Below, piece after piece: positions 10,135 through 19,704 of a DNA stretch of 64,000 bases; the stretch's first letter is position 1, and each line of letters begins with the position of its first letter. Under the pieces are notes generated by a model. That model was not told where the DNA came from. It worked only from the letters and a program-made list of their open reading frames with translations, and did no database searches. Origin of the DNA: an uncultured delta proteobacterium (GTDB taxonomy: Bacteria > Desulfobacterota > Binatia > Binatales > Binataceae); contig CAVQEQ010000004.1 of NCBI GenBank assembly GCA_963711565.1, forward strand, positions 1,376,001 to 1,440,000. Reading direction: 5' to 3'. A program made the translations under genes and the position numbers.

Positions 10135-13100
10135 CCCTCGCCAACTTCTTCCGATTCAACGACCGACTCGGTCGCAATGAAGGCAACGGCTTCACGTACG
10201 AGCGGGCTCAGCTCATCGCCGCCCTTCGCCACGTAGTCAACGATCTCGCGGCGCATCCGCGCCTCCCAGAAATTGCGGAGATGGTTCGCGACGCCTTCGG
10301 CGGCTTCCTCTTGATCCGGAAGACCGACGAAGTACGCACCGATATCGTTCGCCATCCTGACGAGATGATGAATATCCACTGCGTGAACGTCGCCATTAGC
10401 TAGTCGATGTTCGGCATCTCTGTCCTTTCGTCCGTTGCCACCGCGTTCCGGCGAGACCTGGACGGCGGTGACCTTGAACTCGGGACAGTTGGTAGCCCAA
10501 TCAGAATGATCGGTCATCAGATCATTGGTGCGCGATTCCGGATGATGAAATGTGGTGTACACGACGCCGGGCTGGACGCGTTCAGTGACCAGCGCACGCA
10601 AGCGAGTCTCCCCTCGGCGCGCCCGCACCTGGAGCCAATCTCCGTCGCGGATGCCGCGCAGCTCGGCGTCGCTCGAATGGATCTCGAGGCGATCCTCCGC
10701 GTGCATCGAGGCATTCAGAGTGCGCCGCGTCTGAGTACCAACATTATACTGACTGAGTATTCGGCCAGTAGTCAGTATCAGCGGATACTCTGAGTTCGTG
10801 CGTTCCTCAGTGGGTATATACTCGGTAATCGTGAACTTGCCTTTGCCGCGGACGAAGTGATCTTCATGCATGGTAGGAGTGCCCGCCGGTGCGGCGTCGT
10901 TGCACGGCCATTGCACGGAGCCGAGGCGCTCGATCTTCTCGTAGCTGACGCCGGAGAAAGTCGGAGTCAGCCGCGCGATTTCGTCCATGATTTCCGACGG
11001 ATGCGAATACTTCATCGGATAGCCGAGCGCGGTCGCGAGCTCGCAGGTGATCTCCCAATCTTCCTTGCCGGCCAGCGGCGCGGCGACCTTGCGCACCATC
11101 GAGATTCGCCGCTCGCTGTTGGTGAAAGTGCCGTTCTTTTCGAGGAACGACGAGCCCGGCAGAAAGACGTGCGCGTATTTCGCGGTCTCGTTGAAAAACA
11201 GATCCTGCACCACGACGCATTCCATTGCGCGCAAGGCCGCCGCGACGTGATGGCCGTTCGGTTCCGATTGCGCGACGTCTTCGCCCTGCACGTAGAGGCC
11301 CTTGAAGCTACCGTCCACTGCCGCGTCGAACATGTTGGGAATCCGCAGGCCCGGCTCGGGATCGATGCGTACGCCCCACGCCGCGTCGAAGCTCGCTCGC
11401 ACATCTTTGTCGGAGATGTGGCGGTAGCCGCTGAACTCATGCGGGAACGAGCCCATGTCGCATGAGCCTTGCACGTTGTTCTGGCCGCGCAGAGGATTCA
11501 CGCCGACTCCGGGACGCCCGATATTGCCGGTCGCCATCGCGAGGTTGGCGATACCCAGCACCATCGTGCTGCCCTGGCTGTGCTCGGTGACGCCGAGGCC
11601 GTAGTAGATCGCGCCGTTGGGCGCGTTCGCATACATGCGCGCGGCCGCACGGACCTTGTCGGCGGGCACGCCGGTGATTCTCTCCATCGCTTCCGGCGAG
11701 TTGCGCGGATCGGCGACGAATTTCTTCCACGCCTCGAATTCATGCGGATCGCATCGCGCCGCCGCGAAGGCTTCGTCGGTGAGTCCCTCCGTCACGACCA
11801 CATGAGCGATCGCGTTGATGAGCGCGACGTTGGTGCCGGGACGGAGTTGCAGATGATACGACGCCTGCACGTGGGGCAGCCGCACAATTTCGGTGACGCG
11901 AGGATCGACGACGATCAGCCGGGCGCCCTCGCGGATTCGGCGCTTCATCTGCGCCGCGAACACCGGATGCCCTTCCGTGACGTTGGCGCCGATCACCATG
12001 ATTACGTCGGCTTGCATCACCGACTCGAAATCCTGCGTCGTCGCCGAAGTGCCGAACGCTGTCTTGAGTCCGTAACCGGTCGGCGAATGACACACGCGCG
12101 CGCAGGTGTTGACGTTGTTGTTGCCGAACGCGGCGCGCACCAGTTTCTGCACGAGAAAAGTTTCCTCGTTGGTGCATCGCGAGGACGTAATCCCGCCGAC
12201 CGCCCCGCGCCCATACTCGTCCTGGATGCGCTTGAACTCCGACGCCGCATAATCGATCGCCTCGTGCCACGAAACCTCGCGCCACGGCTGGTCGATCGAT
12301 TTGCGAATCAACGGACGCGTGACGCGATCCGGATGCGTCGTGTAGCCCCACGCGAAGCGGCCCTTGACGCACGAGTGCCCGTGATTGGCCTGCCCGTTGG
12401 GGTTGGGCACCATCCGCGCGACGAGGTCGCCTTTCATTTCGGCCCTGAATGAGCAGCCGACGCCGCAATATCCGCAGGTCGTGACGACGCTGTGATCCGG
12501 CTGGCCGAGTTCGACTACGGATTTTTCCATCAAGGTCGCGGTGGGACATGCCTGCACGCAGGCGCCGCACGAAACACATTCGGACGCCGAGAACGGGCCG
12601 TTCTGCCCCGGCGAAACCAACGACGAGAATCCACGCCCGTCGATCGTCAGCGCGAACGTGCCCTGCACTTCTTCGCACGCACGGACGCATCGCGAGCACA
12701 CGATGCATTTCGACGGATCGAAGGTGAAATACGGATTCGACTGGTCCTTCTCTGCGTGCAGATGATTCGCGCCGTCGCCGCTGCGGTAGCGCACCTCGCG
12801 CAGGCCGACCGCACCCGCCATGTCCTGCAGCTCGCAGTTGCCGTTGGCGGGACAGGTCAGGCAGTCGAGCGGATGATCCGAAATATACAGCTCCATCACG
12901 CCGCGCCGCAGCCGCGCGAGCGCGGGGCTCTCGGTGCGGACTTTCATACCAGCACGCACGGGAGTCGTGCATGAGGCCGGATAGCCGCGCTGGCCTTCGA
13001 CTTCGACCAGGCACAGGCGGCAGGAGCCGAACGGCTCGAGCGAATCCGTCGCGCACAATTTCGGAACGTGGATTCCGGCTTCGGCGGCCGCGCGAATCAG

Positions 13101-13208
13101 CAACGTCCCTTCAGGAACCGCGACGCCGCGTCCATCGATCTCCAGCGCGACCGTTCGCGCGCCAGGTCGAAGTGGTGTGGCGAAATCGCTATCGCTACGC
13201 GATCGCAT
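10131..13208 (-). CDS. fdsA: NAD-dependent formate dehydrogenase alpha subunit with C-terminal fused FdsD domain
   Basis: 2Fe-2S (CRLCLVE), HPLDCLTC, 4Fe-4S motifs, CGYCGVGC, active-site CARVCH (Cys), PLRGQNNVQG; last ~82 aa FdsD-like (LVRMANDIG..NHLRNFWEARMR). Confidence 0.95.
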   Translation of the reverse strand: MRSRSDSDFATPLRPGARTVALEIDGRGVAVPEGTLLIRAAAEAGIHVPKLCATDSLEPFGSCRLCLVEVEGQRGYPASCTTPVRAGMKVRTESPALARLRRGVMELYISDHPLDCLTCPANGNCELQDMAGAVGLREVRYRSGDGANHLHAEKDQSNPYFTFDPSKCIVCSRCVRACEEVQGTFALTIDGRGFSSLVSPGQNGPFSASECVSCGACVQACPTATLMEKSVVELGQPDHSVVTTCGYCGVGCSFRAEMKGDLVARMVPNPNGQANHGHSCVKGRFAWGYTTHPDRVTRPLIRKSIDQPWREVSWHEAIDYAASEFKRIQDEYGRGAVGGITSSRCTNEETFLVQKLVRAAFGNNNVNTCARVCHSPTGYGLKTAFGTSATTQDFESVMQADVIMVIGANVTEGHPVFAAQMKRRIREGARLIVVDPRVTEIVRLPHVQASYHLQLRPGTNVALINAIAHVVVTEGLTDEAFAAARCDPHEFEAWKKFVADPRNSPEAMERITGVPADKVRAAARMYANAPNGAIYYGLGVTEHSQGSTMVLGIANLAMATGNIGRPGVGVNPLRGQNNVQGSCDMGSFPHEFSGYRHISDKDVRASFDAAWGVRIDPEPGLRIPNMFDAAVDGSFKGLYVQGEDVAQSEPNGHHVAAALRAMECVVVQDLFFNETAKYAHVFLPGSSFLEKNGTFTNSERRISMVRKVAAPLAGKEDWEITCELATALGYPMKYSHPSEIMDEIARLTPTFSGVSYEKIERLGSVQWPCNDAAPAGTPTMHEDHFVRGKGKFTITEYIPTEERTNSEYPLILTTGRILSQYNVGTQTRRTLNASMHAEDRLEIHSSDAELRGIRDGDWLQVRARRGETRLRALVTERVQPGVVYTTFHHPESRTNDLMTDHSDWATNCPEFKVTAVQVSPERGGNGRKDRDAEHRLANGDVHAVDIHHLVRMANDIGAYFVGLPDQEEAAEGVANHLRNFWEARMRREIVDYVAKGGDELSPLVREAVAFIATESVVESEEVGEG

Positions 13209-14805
13209 GGCTATTGCCGGCTCCCGATGTCGAGATCGTCAGGTCGTCACCGATGAAGTCCACGTCGCGGGGCGTCAGACTGAAATCTTCGGGAAAATAT
13301 TTGAGCGCGCTCAACACCGGCAACGGCGTGAGGCCGCCGAGCGCGCACAGCGATCCGAATTTCATCGTGTCGCACAAGTCGCGAAGCACTTCGAGATTCT
13401 CGCGCGGACGGCGACGGTTGATGATGTCGTCGATCACCTCGGTGCCGCGGATCGATCCGATTCGGCACGGCGTGCACTTGCCGCACGATTCGATTGCGCA
13501 GAACTCCATCGCATAGCGCGCCATCCGCGCCATATCGACGGTGTCGTCAAAGACGACGATGCCGCCGTGCCCCAGTATTCCGCCGCGCGCCGCGATTGAT
13601 TCAAAATCCAGCGCAACGTCGAGCATCGATGCCGTGAAGTACGCGCCCAACGGTCCGCCCACCTGCACCGCGCGGACCGGCCTGCCGCTGGCGGTGCCGC
13701 CGCCATAGTCGTGGACGATTTCGCGAAGCGTTACGCCCATCGGCGCTTCGATCATGCCGGGACGTTTCGCATTGCCTGCGAGCTGGAACGGCATCGTGCC
13801 GCGCGAGTTGCCGACGCCGTAGTCGCGGAAAAGTTCCGCGCCGCGCTCGATGATGATTGGCACCGTCGCGAACGAGACCACGTTGTTAATCAGCGTCGGC
13901 TTGCCGAAGAGTCCCTCGAGCGCGGGAATCGGCGGCTTGAAGCGAACCATCCCGCGGCGCCCTTCGATGCTTTCGAGCATCGCGGTTTCTTCGCCGCAGA
14001 TGTACGCGCCGGCGCCAAGCCGAATCTCCAGCTCGAACGACCTGCCAATACCAAGAACGTTCGCTCCCAAATAGCCACTCGAATAGGCAGTCGCGATCGC
14101 TTCAGTGAGTGCGCGACGTGCGTGCGGGTACTCAGATCGCAGGTAGATGTAACCCTGCGTCGCGCCGACGGCGAGCGCCGCAATCGTCATCCCTTCGATC
14201 AGGGTGAAAGGATCGCCCTCCATGATCATGCGGTCGGAAAAGGTGCCGGAGTCGCCCTCGTCGGCATTGCAGACGACATACTTTGGCGTGGCCGGCGCAT
14301 CAGCGGCGGTCTTCCACTTGATGCCGGTTGGAAAGCCCGCGCCGCCACGGCCGCGAAGACCAGACTTCGTAACCTCGGTAATCGTCCGCTCGCGACCAAG
14401 CTCGATTGCGCGCGCCAGGCCGCGGTATCCGCCGTGGGCGATGAAGTCGTCCAGCGACACCGGGTCGGTCACACCGGCGCGCGCGAACGTCAGCCGCGTC
14501 TGCGACTTGAGCCACGGTATTTCATCGGCCATACCGAGACGCAGACGGTGCTCGCGACCGTCGAGAAAATCCGAATCGAACAGAGAGGCGACATCGGCCC
14601 TCGCGACCGGCCCGTACGCTATCCGCCCGCCACTAGTCGCGACTTCTACCATCGGCTCATGCGAGAACATCCCGCGCGAGCCGTTGCGCACAATCTTCAC
14701 GTCCAGCTTGCGCGCCGCCGCTTCGCGGCGAATCGCCTCGGCGACCGCATCCGCGCCAAGCGACACCGCGCTCCAATCGCGCGGGACGTACACGACCGCC
14801 GTCAT
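13195..14805 (-). CDS. fdsB: Formate dehydrogenase beta subunit (NuoF-like FMN/NADH-binding)
   Basis: SGLRGRGGAGFPTGIKW, NADEGD, GAGAYICGEETA, ESCGKCTPCR; ATG 14805 overlaps fdsG stop. Confidence 0.95.
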   Translation of the reverse strand: MTAVVYVPRDWSAVSLGADAVAEAIRREAAARKLDVKIVRNGSRGMFSHEPMVEVATSGGRIAYGPVARADVASLFDSDFLDGREHRLRLGMADEIPWLKSQTRLTFARAGVTDPVSLDDFIAHGGYRGLARAIELGRERTITEVTKSGLRGRGGAGFPTGIKWKTAADAPATPKYVVCNADEGDSGTFSDRMIMEGDPFTLIEGMTIAALAVGATQGYIYLRSEYPHARRALTEAIATAYSSGYLGANVLGIGRSFELEIRLGAGAYICGEETAMLESIEGRRGMVRFKPPIPALEGLFGKPTLINNVVSFATVPIIIERGAELFRDYGVGNSRGTMPFQLAGNAKRPGMIEAPMGVTLREIVHDYGGGTASGRPVRAVQVGGPLGAYFTASMLDVALDFESIAARGGILGHGGIVVFDDTVDMARMARYAMEFCAIESCGKCTPCRIGSIRGTEVIDDIINRRRPRENLEVLRDLCDTMKFGSLCALGGLTPLPVLSALKYFPEDFSLTPRDVDFIGDDLTISTSGAGNSHAIA

Positions 14806-15308
14806 CGCGACGACCTCGATGAGGTGACCGAGGAAAGTATCTCGTCGAAGCGTTCCGGATTGACGCGGCCGTAGAGATCGTCGCCGACGACGATCGCCGG
14901 CGAGCACGCGCAGTTGCCGAGACAGTAAACCGGCTCGAGGGTGAAATCACCATTGCCGCTCGTCTGTCCAAAATCAATTCCAAGGCGTGTCTGAATATGT
15001 TCGGCGAGCGCGACCGCGCCCATCGCCTGGCACGACTCGGCGCGGCATACGCGAATGATTTTCCGGCCGGGGCGCTCGGTCCGGAAGTCGTGATAGAAGC
15101 TGATGACACCGTGGACCTCGGCGCGCGACAGATTCAAGGCTCGCGCGATCGCAGGAACCGCCGCGGGCGGGATGTAACCGATGCGCTCATTCACAGCGTG
15201 CAGCACGGGCATCAGAGCACCCGGCTTGTCGGCCAGACCGGCGACGATCTCGTCTACCACGCGCGGGTCAAAGCCGGCACCACCATTTCTGGAATTCTTT
15301 GCGTCCAT
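14802..15308 (-). CDS. fdsG: Formate dehydrogenase gamma subunit (NuoE-like 2Fe-2S)
   Basis: NLSRAEVHGVISFYHDF, CRAESC, CLGNCACSPA. Confidence 0.95.
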   Translation of the reverse strand: MDAKNSRNGGAGFDPRVVDEIVAGLADKPGALMPVLHAVNERIGYIPPAAVPAIARALNLSRAEVHGVISFYHDFRTERPGRKIIRVCRAESCQAMGAVALAEHIQTRLGIDFGQTSGNGDFTLEPVYCLGNCACSPAIVVGDDLYGRVNPERFDEILSSVTSSRSSR

Positions 15309-15363
15309 CGCAGCTACTAAGGATCGCTATACCACGATTGATGCCGGTGATCTTGATCCTGCC

Positions 15364-15380
15364 GGTTGCATATTGCAACC
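15364..15380. promoter_or_regulatory. Perfect 7-3-7 inverted repeat GGTTGCA-TAT-TGCAACC, candidate operator
   Basis: Lies in the divergent intergenic region between fdsG and the NarM-like gene. Confidence 0.45.
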
Positions 15381-15410
15381 TGACAATTGCGCCGCGGGCC
15401 GGAGGTTCAG

Positions 15411-15896
15411 ATGATTCGCAAATTCAAGTTCGAAGACGAGATGCACGAAAGTTTGCAATGCGTCCCGATGGCGGTACGGCGCAAGCTCGATCGGGTCGGC
15501 TTGAAAATCGGGCTCGAACAATGGAAGTCGCTCGACCGCGGCGAGCGCCTCGCGATCTGCCATCTCCCGGTCGATTCCAGCGAGGAGTGCGACGCGCTCG
15601 GCGTGTTTATCCGCGAGGCGATGAAGCGCCGATTTGGCGTCGAACCGAAGAGTCTCACCGATGCGCAAAGGGCATCGGCCGAACCGCCCGCGTCGGCGCC
15701 TAGTCGAGTCGTGGCGAATGCGCGTGCAGCGGGATTCGATCTAAGCGCCGCATGCTGGTCGCGGCTGGACGGCGACGAACGATTCGCGCTGATGAAGATG
15801 GGCGATGCGGAGACGCCGAGCCACAATCTCGCCGCCGCGCTGAAAGAGTTCGGCGTGCCGGCGATCGCGCAAGCCGATCAGCCGCGTGCGAAGTGA
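15411..15896 (+). CDS. Nitrate reductase-associated protein family (NarM-like)
   Basis: FKFE..SLQCVPMAVRRKLD..GLK...W, W..L...ERFAL.K..H NL..AL.EF pattern of the Nitr_red_assoc family; GGAGG RBS before ATG 15411. Confidence 0.8.
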   Translation: MIRKFKFEDEMHESLQCVPMAVRRKLDRVGLKIGLEQWKSLDRGERLAICHLPVDSSEECDALGVFIREAMKRRFGVEPKSLTDAQRASAEPPASAPSRVVANARAAGFDLSAACWSRLDGDERFALMKMGDAETPSHNLAAALKEFGVPAIAQADQPRAK

Positions 15897-16684
15897 TCGA
15901 GGAGCGCCCGCCCTTTTCCTAATTTGAAACTCTGCTTGAGCGCCATCGTCACGAAGCGTTTCGCGCCGCGGACCGAATCCTCGAGGCTCGCGCCGCGCGC
16001 GAGATACGCCGCGATCGCCGCCGAGAACGCGCATCCCGTGCCATGCGCGCCGCCACCCGCGATTCGCGGGCCTTTAAGTTCGACGAAGGTGCGCCCGTCG
16101 TAAAAGAAATCGGTGGCCGACTTGTCGTCCTCGCGATGGCCGCCTTTGATCACGACCGCGTGCGCGCCCAGCTTCAATATCTTTTCCGCGGCCTTGCGAA
16201 TGGCGGCGTCCGAATCGATTTGAATGTCCGCCAACCCTTCGGCCTCCGCGATATTCGGCGTGACGATAGCCGCGAGCGGGATCAGGCGCTTTCGGATAGC
16301 GCGCTCGCCCTTCGGACCAATCAGGCGCGCGCCTGCGCTCGACACGATCACCGGATCGACCACTGGCGCCGGCATTTTGAGCCGTTCGATCGTGCGCGCG
16401 ACCGCCTTGACAATGGCCGCATTGGCCAGCGCTCCCGTCTTGAGCGCGCGAGGCGAAAATTCCAAAGCGAGAACGTCGAGCTGAGCTTCGACCAACTCCG
16501 GCGCCACGGGTTCAACGTCGGCGACCTTCCAACTGTTCTGCGCAATCACCTCGGTGATGACCGAATAGCCGTACACACCGAGTGCGGCGAACGTTTTGAG
16601 GTCGGCCTGGAGTCCGGCGCCGCCGCCCGGATCGCTGCCTGCAATGGTGAGTGCTACTGGATGTTTCGAGTTGGAAGAGGCCAA
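15878..16684 (-). CDS. thiD: Hydroxymethylpyrimidine/phosphomethylpyrimidine kinase
   Basis: [40 protein letters not shown]. Confidence 0.95.
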   Translation of the reverse strand: MASSNSKHPVALTIAGSDPGGGAGLQADLKTFAALGVYGYSVITEVIAQNSWKVADVEPVAPELVEAQLDVLALEFSPRALKTGALANAAIVKAVARTIERLKMPAPVVDPVIVSSAGARLIGPKGERAIRKRLIPLAAIVTPNIAEAEGLADIQIDSDAAIRKAAEKILKLGAHAVVIKGGHREDDKSATDFFYDGRTFVELKGPRIAGGGAHGTGCAFSAAIAAYLARGASLEDSVRGAKRFVTMALKQSFKLGKGRALLDHFARG

Positions 16685-16811
16685 GAGATGGGCCCTGACG
16701 CGATGCAGAGATCATATCTGACGGCGCGGTTAAGCGAAAGATCCGCGCTTAGTTGATCGGTCGAGGAACCGCGCGATACTTTGCAGTTCGGATGCAAGTC
16801 GTGCGAGTGAT

Positions 16812-18521
16812 ATGGCGGTAAGAGGCGAATCGGAATTTCTCAATCTTCCGTTTCAGGAAAAGCTCGAATTCCTGTACGGCCTGCCCGCGCGCCAGAAGCG
16901 CGACCTGATTCTCTCCGCGCCCGAGGCCGAGCGCCTGGTGCAATCGTTCTCGCCCGAGACGCTCTTCTACACGCTCAAGGAAATCGGCAGCGCCGACGCC
17001 GGCGACCTGCTCAGCCTCGCGATGCCCGAGCAGGTGAAGTCGCTGTTCGATCTCGATTGCTGGAACCGCGACCGTCCCAACGTGCATCGCATGCGCGAGT
17101 GGATCGAGGCGATGGCCGACGGTGGACGGCGCAAGCTGGCCGACGCGCTGATGGGCCTCGACATGGAGATGATGTCGCTCCTGCTGCGCGGCTACATAAA
17201 GGTGCATCGAATTGACGACGCGGCATCCTCGCCCGACGCAACCGCCAATCGTTTTGCGCAGTATGACGAAAATTATCTGATCGAGTTCATCCGCCACGAC
17301 GCAATCTCTCAGCACATCTCGGATTTCATCGAGGAGGCGTTCGAGCGCGACTACAACTACTTCGGCGGCCTGATGGAGGAAATCTATTGGGGCGTCGAGG
17401 CCGAGCTCGAAGAAGAGGCCTACCAGTTCCGGCGCGCACGCCTCAACGACCGCGGCTTTCCCGACTTCTTCGAGGCGCAGAGCGTCTTCGCGTACCTCAA
17501 GCCCGAACAGTTCATTACGATTCGCGCCGGCTACGAACCGCCGAGCCGCGCCGACCTGCCCGACGATACCGAAGTGATCGCGCCCGAGATGGCGCCCGCG
17601 ATTGCCGACGGCGATGTCTCGTTGTTCAACACCGCGCTCACTGCGGGATTTGCTGCGCAAGGCAAACGGCAGCTCCGCAGCGAGATGGCGATGGTCAGCA
17701 ACCAGGTGCTGGTCGCGCGCGCGGTGGACTTCGGCGATCTGGAAGCGGTGCGTGTCGCGGTCGAGATGACGCACCATTACCTGAACCTGGCGCTGGAGCA
17801 TCTGGCGGGCGGCGACTTGCAAAGCGCGATCGAACATCTGCGCGACACTCCGCTCAAGTTGCTCTTCCGCCTCGGCGTCAGCCTGACGATCGATCTGCGC
17901 ACGAGCACGGAGCTGACGCTCAAGAAGCTCGGCCTTTCGAGCGTCAAGGTGCGCGAGATTCCGTACCTCGACTCGCCTTATCGGGAAGCGCTGGCCGGCT
18001 TTATGGCGCGGCAGCCGCGATTCTACAGCGGCCTCGACGGCAGCGGCGCGGTCGAGATGCGCGATTTCAGCAGCATGCGCGATCTGCATCTCAGCTACGC
18101 GATTCTCGATCAGATCGATTCGGCCGCCGAGCTGTTCCGCGCGATGTTCGCGATCGATATCTCGTCGCCAAATTTCCGCGCACAGATGGCCGCGCGCGAC
18201 GTTCGCCTGAGCCAGCTCGTGCTGACCGGCCTCGCGCGACTGGCGCTGGACAACCGCCTGACGATCGATCCGATCGAAGGCAGCAGGCTGACTGCGATGC
18301 GCGCGGCGATGATGACGGGACAGCCGGGTGTTCTCAGCGATGAATTTCGCTTCAGGATAAATCAGGCGCTGGCCGAGCGGATGGACGACACCGCGCGAAA
18401 GCGCACCGCCGCATTCCTGAATTCATGCTTGAACCTCCTCGAAGAGGAGTTCGCCAACCTGGGCGGCGAGCGCGAGATCGATCCGCGTTTCATCGAGAGC
18501 GTGCTCGTGCGAATCGGCTAG
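16812..18521 (+). CDS. Conserved hypothetical protein, DUF6178-like
   Basis: 569-aa ORF with host codon usage; KEIG..DA, FDLDCW..D, ELEEEAYQFRRARL.D.GFPD pattern recalled for DUF6178. Confidence 0.65.
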   Translation: MAVRGESEFLNLPFQEKLEFLYGLPARQKRDLILSAPEAERLVQSFSPETLFYTLKEIGSADAGDLLSLAMPEQVKSLFDLDCWNRDRPNVHRMREWIEAMADGGRRKLADALMGLDMEMMSLLLRGYIKVHRIDDAASSPDATANRFAQYDENYLIEFIRHDAISQHISDFIEEAFERDYNYFGGLMEEIYWGVEAELEEEAYQFRRARLNDRGFPDFFEAQSVFAYLKPEQFITIRAGYEPPSRADLPDDTEVIAPEMAPAIADGDVSLFNTALTAGFAAQGKRQLRSEMAMVSNQVLVARAVDFGDLEAVRVAVEMTHHYLNLALEHLAGGDLQSAIEHLRDTPLKLLFRLGVSLTIDLRTSTELTLKKLGLSSVKVREIPYLDSPYREALAGFMARQPRFYSGLDGSGAVEMRDFSSMRDLHLSYAILDQIDSAAELFRAMFAIDISSPNFRAQMAARDVRLSQLVLTGLARLALDNRLTIDPIEGSRLTAMRAAMMTGQPGVLSDEFRFRINQALAERMDDTARKRTAAFLNSCLNLLEEEFANLGGEREIDPRFIESVLVRIG

Positions 18522-18530
18522 GAGGATCAC

Positions 18531-18839
18531 ATGGCTCTCGCATCGTCAAAAGAAGATTGCAAGCAGGCCGCTGGAGTCTTTGCGCCGGTGATCGATCGCA
18601 CGCGATGCGAGGCCAAGGAGGATTGCGTCGAAGCTTGTCCCTACGACGTCTTCGAGGTGCGCAAGCTCGGCGACGATGACAAGCGAGCGCTACCGCTGAT
18701 GGCGCGCGTGAAAGCGTGGGTTCACGGGAATCGCCAGGCGTTCGCGGTTCGCGCCGATGAATGCCACGCGTGCGGCTTGTGCGTCAGCGCGTGCCCCGAG
18801 CATGCGATCAAGTTGATGCGAGTGGCGAGTCCCGCTTAG
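18531..18839 (+). CDS. 4Fe-4S dicluster ferredoxin
   Basis: CEAKEDC..ACP and CHACGLCVSACP; GGAGG RBS. Confidence 0.88.
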   Translation: MALASSKEDCKQAAGVFAPVIDRTRCEAKEDCVEACPYDVFEVRKLGDDDKRALPLMARVKAWVHGNRQAFAVRADECHACGLCVSACPEHAIKLMRVASPA

Positions 18840-19660
18840 CGGCTGCCAGCGTCCGCCGCCAGCGTAACGGTGCGGCTCGAGCCGTCGCGATTCAACGTCA
18901 GCGTCACTGCGCCGCGCTTGACGTTCGCCGTATCGCGGCTGAAATCGTCGAGCGCCTTGACGTCGCTGTTTCCCACCTTGACCACAATATCGCCGCGCGC
19001 GACGCCCGCGCTCTTCGCCGACGAATCGACTTCGGATACCAGCACGCCGCGCGTGTCAGCCTGGCCAAACGCGCTCGCGAGGTCAGGAGTCAGTTGCTCC
19101 ACAGTCAGCCCGAGCGCCCGCGCGGTGTCGGGAATTTTTCCGGCGGGACCCAGCCCCACCGCGGCCGACGAGTCGAAAAGTTTTGCGTTCACGTAAATCG
19201 GTGCGTTCATGCCCATCGCCAGCGCGATCGCGTCGCTCGGGCGGCTGTCGATCGAATAGCGGCCGCCGTCCATGAAAATCGTGGCGTAGTAGGTCTCGTC
19301 GCGCATGTCGCCGATCACGACTCGATCGACGCGGTTGCCGGTCTGTCCGATGATCGAGCGGACCAAATCATTTGTTAAAGGCCGCTCGGGTTTGACTCCG
19401 TGGAGCGCGAGCAGGATTGCCGTCGCCTCGCTCTCGCCAATCATCATTGGCAGCACGCGCGACTCGGTCTCGTCGGTCAGCAGCACGTAGTTCGAGCCCG
19501 TGTCGTCGTCAAAGCCGACGCGAGCAACCTGCACTCTGATCTCGTCGGGTGAAACTTTCGCGGATGCGGACGAGCTGAATGGCGAGCGGCCGCATGAACA
19601 AGCCGCGACGACGGCTGCCAGAAGCAGCAGGCAAAGAAGCCGTCCGCCTACAGCCTTCAT
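18836..19660 (-). CDS. Bifunctional nuclease (DUF151/BFN) domain plus C-terminal PDZ, with lipoprotein-type signal
   Basis: LLLLAAVVAAC lipobox-like N-terminus; LPMMIG.SEA, RPLTNDL, IDSRPSDAIALA; PDZ LGLTVEQLTP..GVLV..V...A..AGV..GDIVV.V. Confidence 0.82.
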   Translation of the reverse strand: MKAVGGRLLCLLLLAAVVAACSCGRSPFSSSASAKVSPDEIRVQVARVGFDDDTGSNYVLLTDETESRVLPMMIGESEATAILLALHGVKPERPLTNDLVRSIIGQTGNRVDRVVIGDMRDETYYATIFMDGGRYSIDSRPSDAIALAMGMNAPIYVNAKLFDSSAAVGLGPAGKIPDTARALGLTVEQLTPDLASAFGQADTRGVLVSEVDSSAKSAGVARGDIVVKVGNSDVKALDDFSRDTANVKRGAVTLTLNRDGSSRTVTLAADAGSR

Positions 19661-19704
19661 ACTCAAGACGTTACGCGCGTCGTGCGCTTGACGCCAATCA
19701 TGCG

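Noticed and set aside
12085-12110. Possible selenocysteine in FdsA
   Set aside because: Active site is CARVCH with a Cys codon; no in-frame TGA
15323-15345. ModE-box-like ATCGCTATAC upstream of fdsG
   Set aside because: Only one half-site is present
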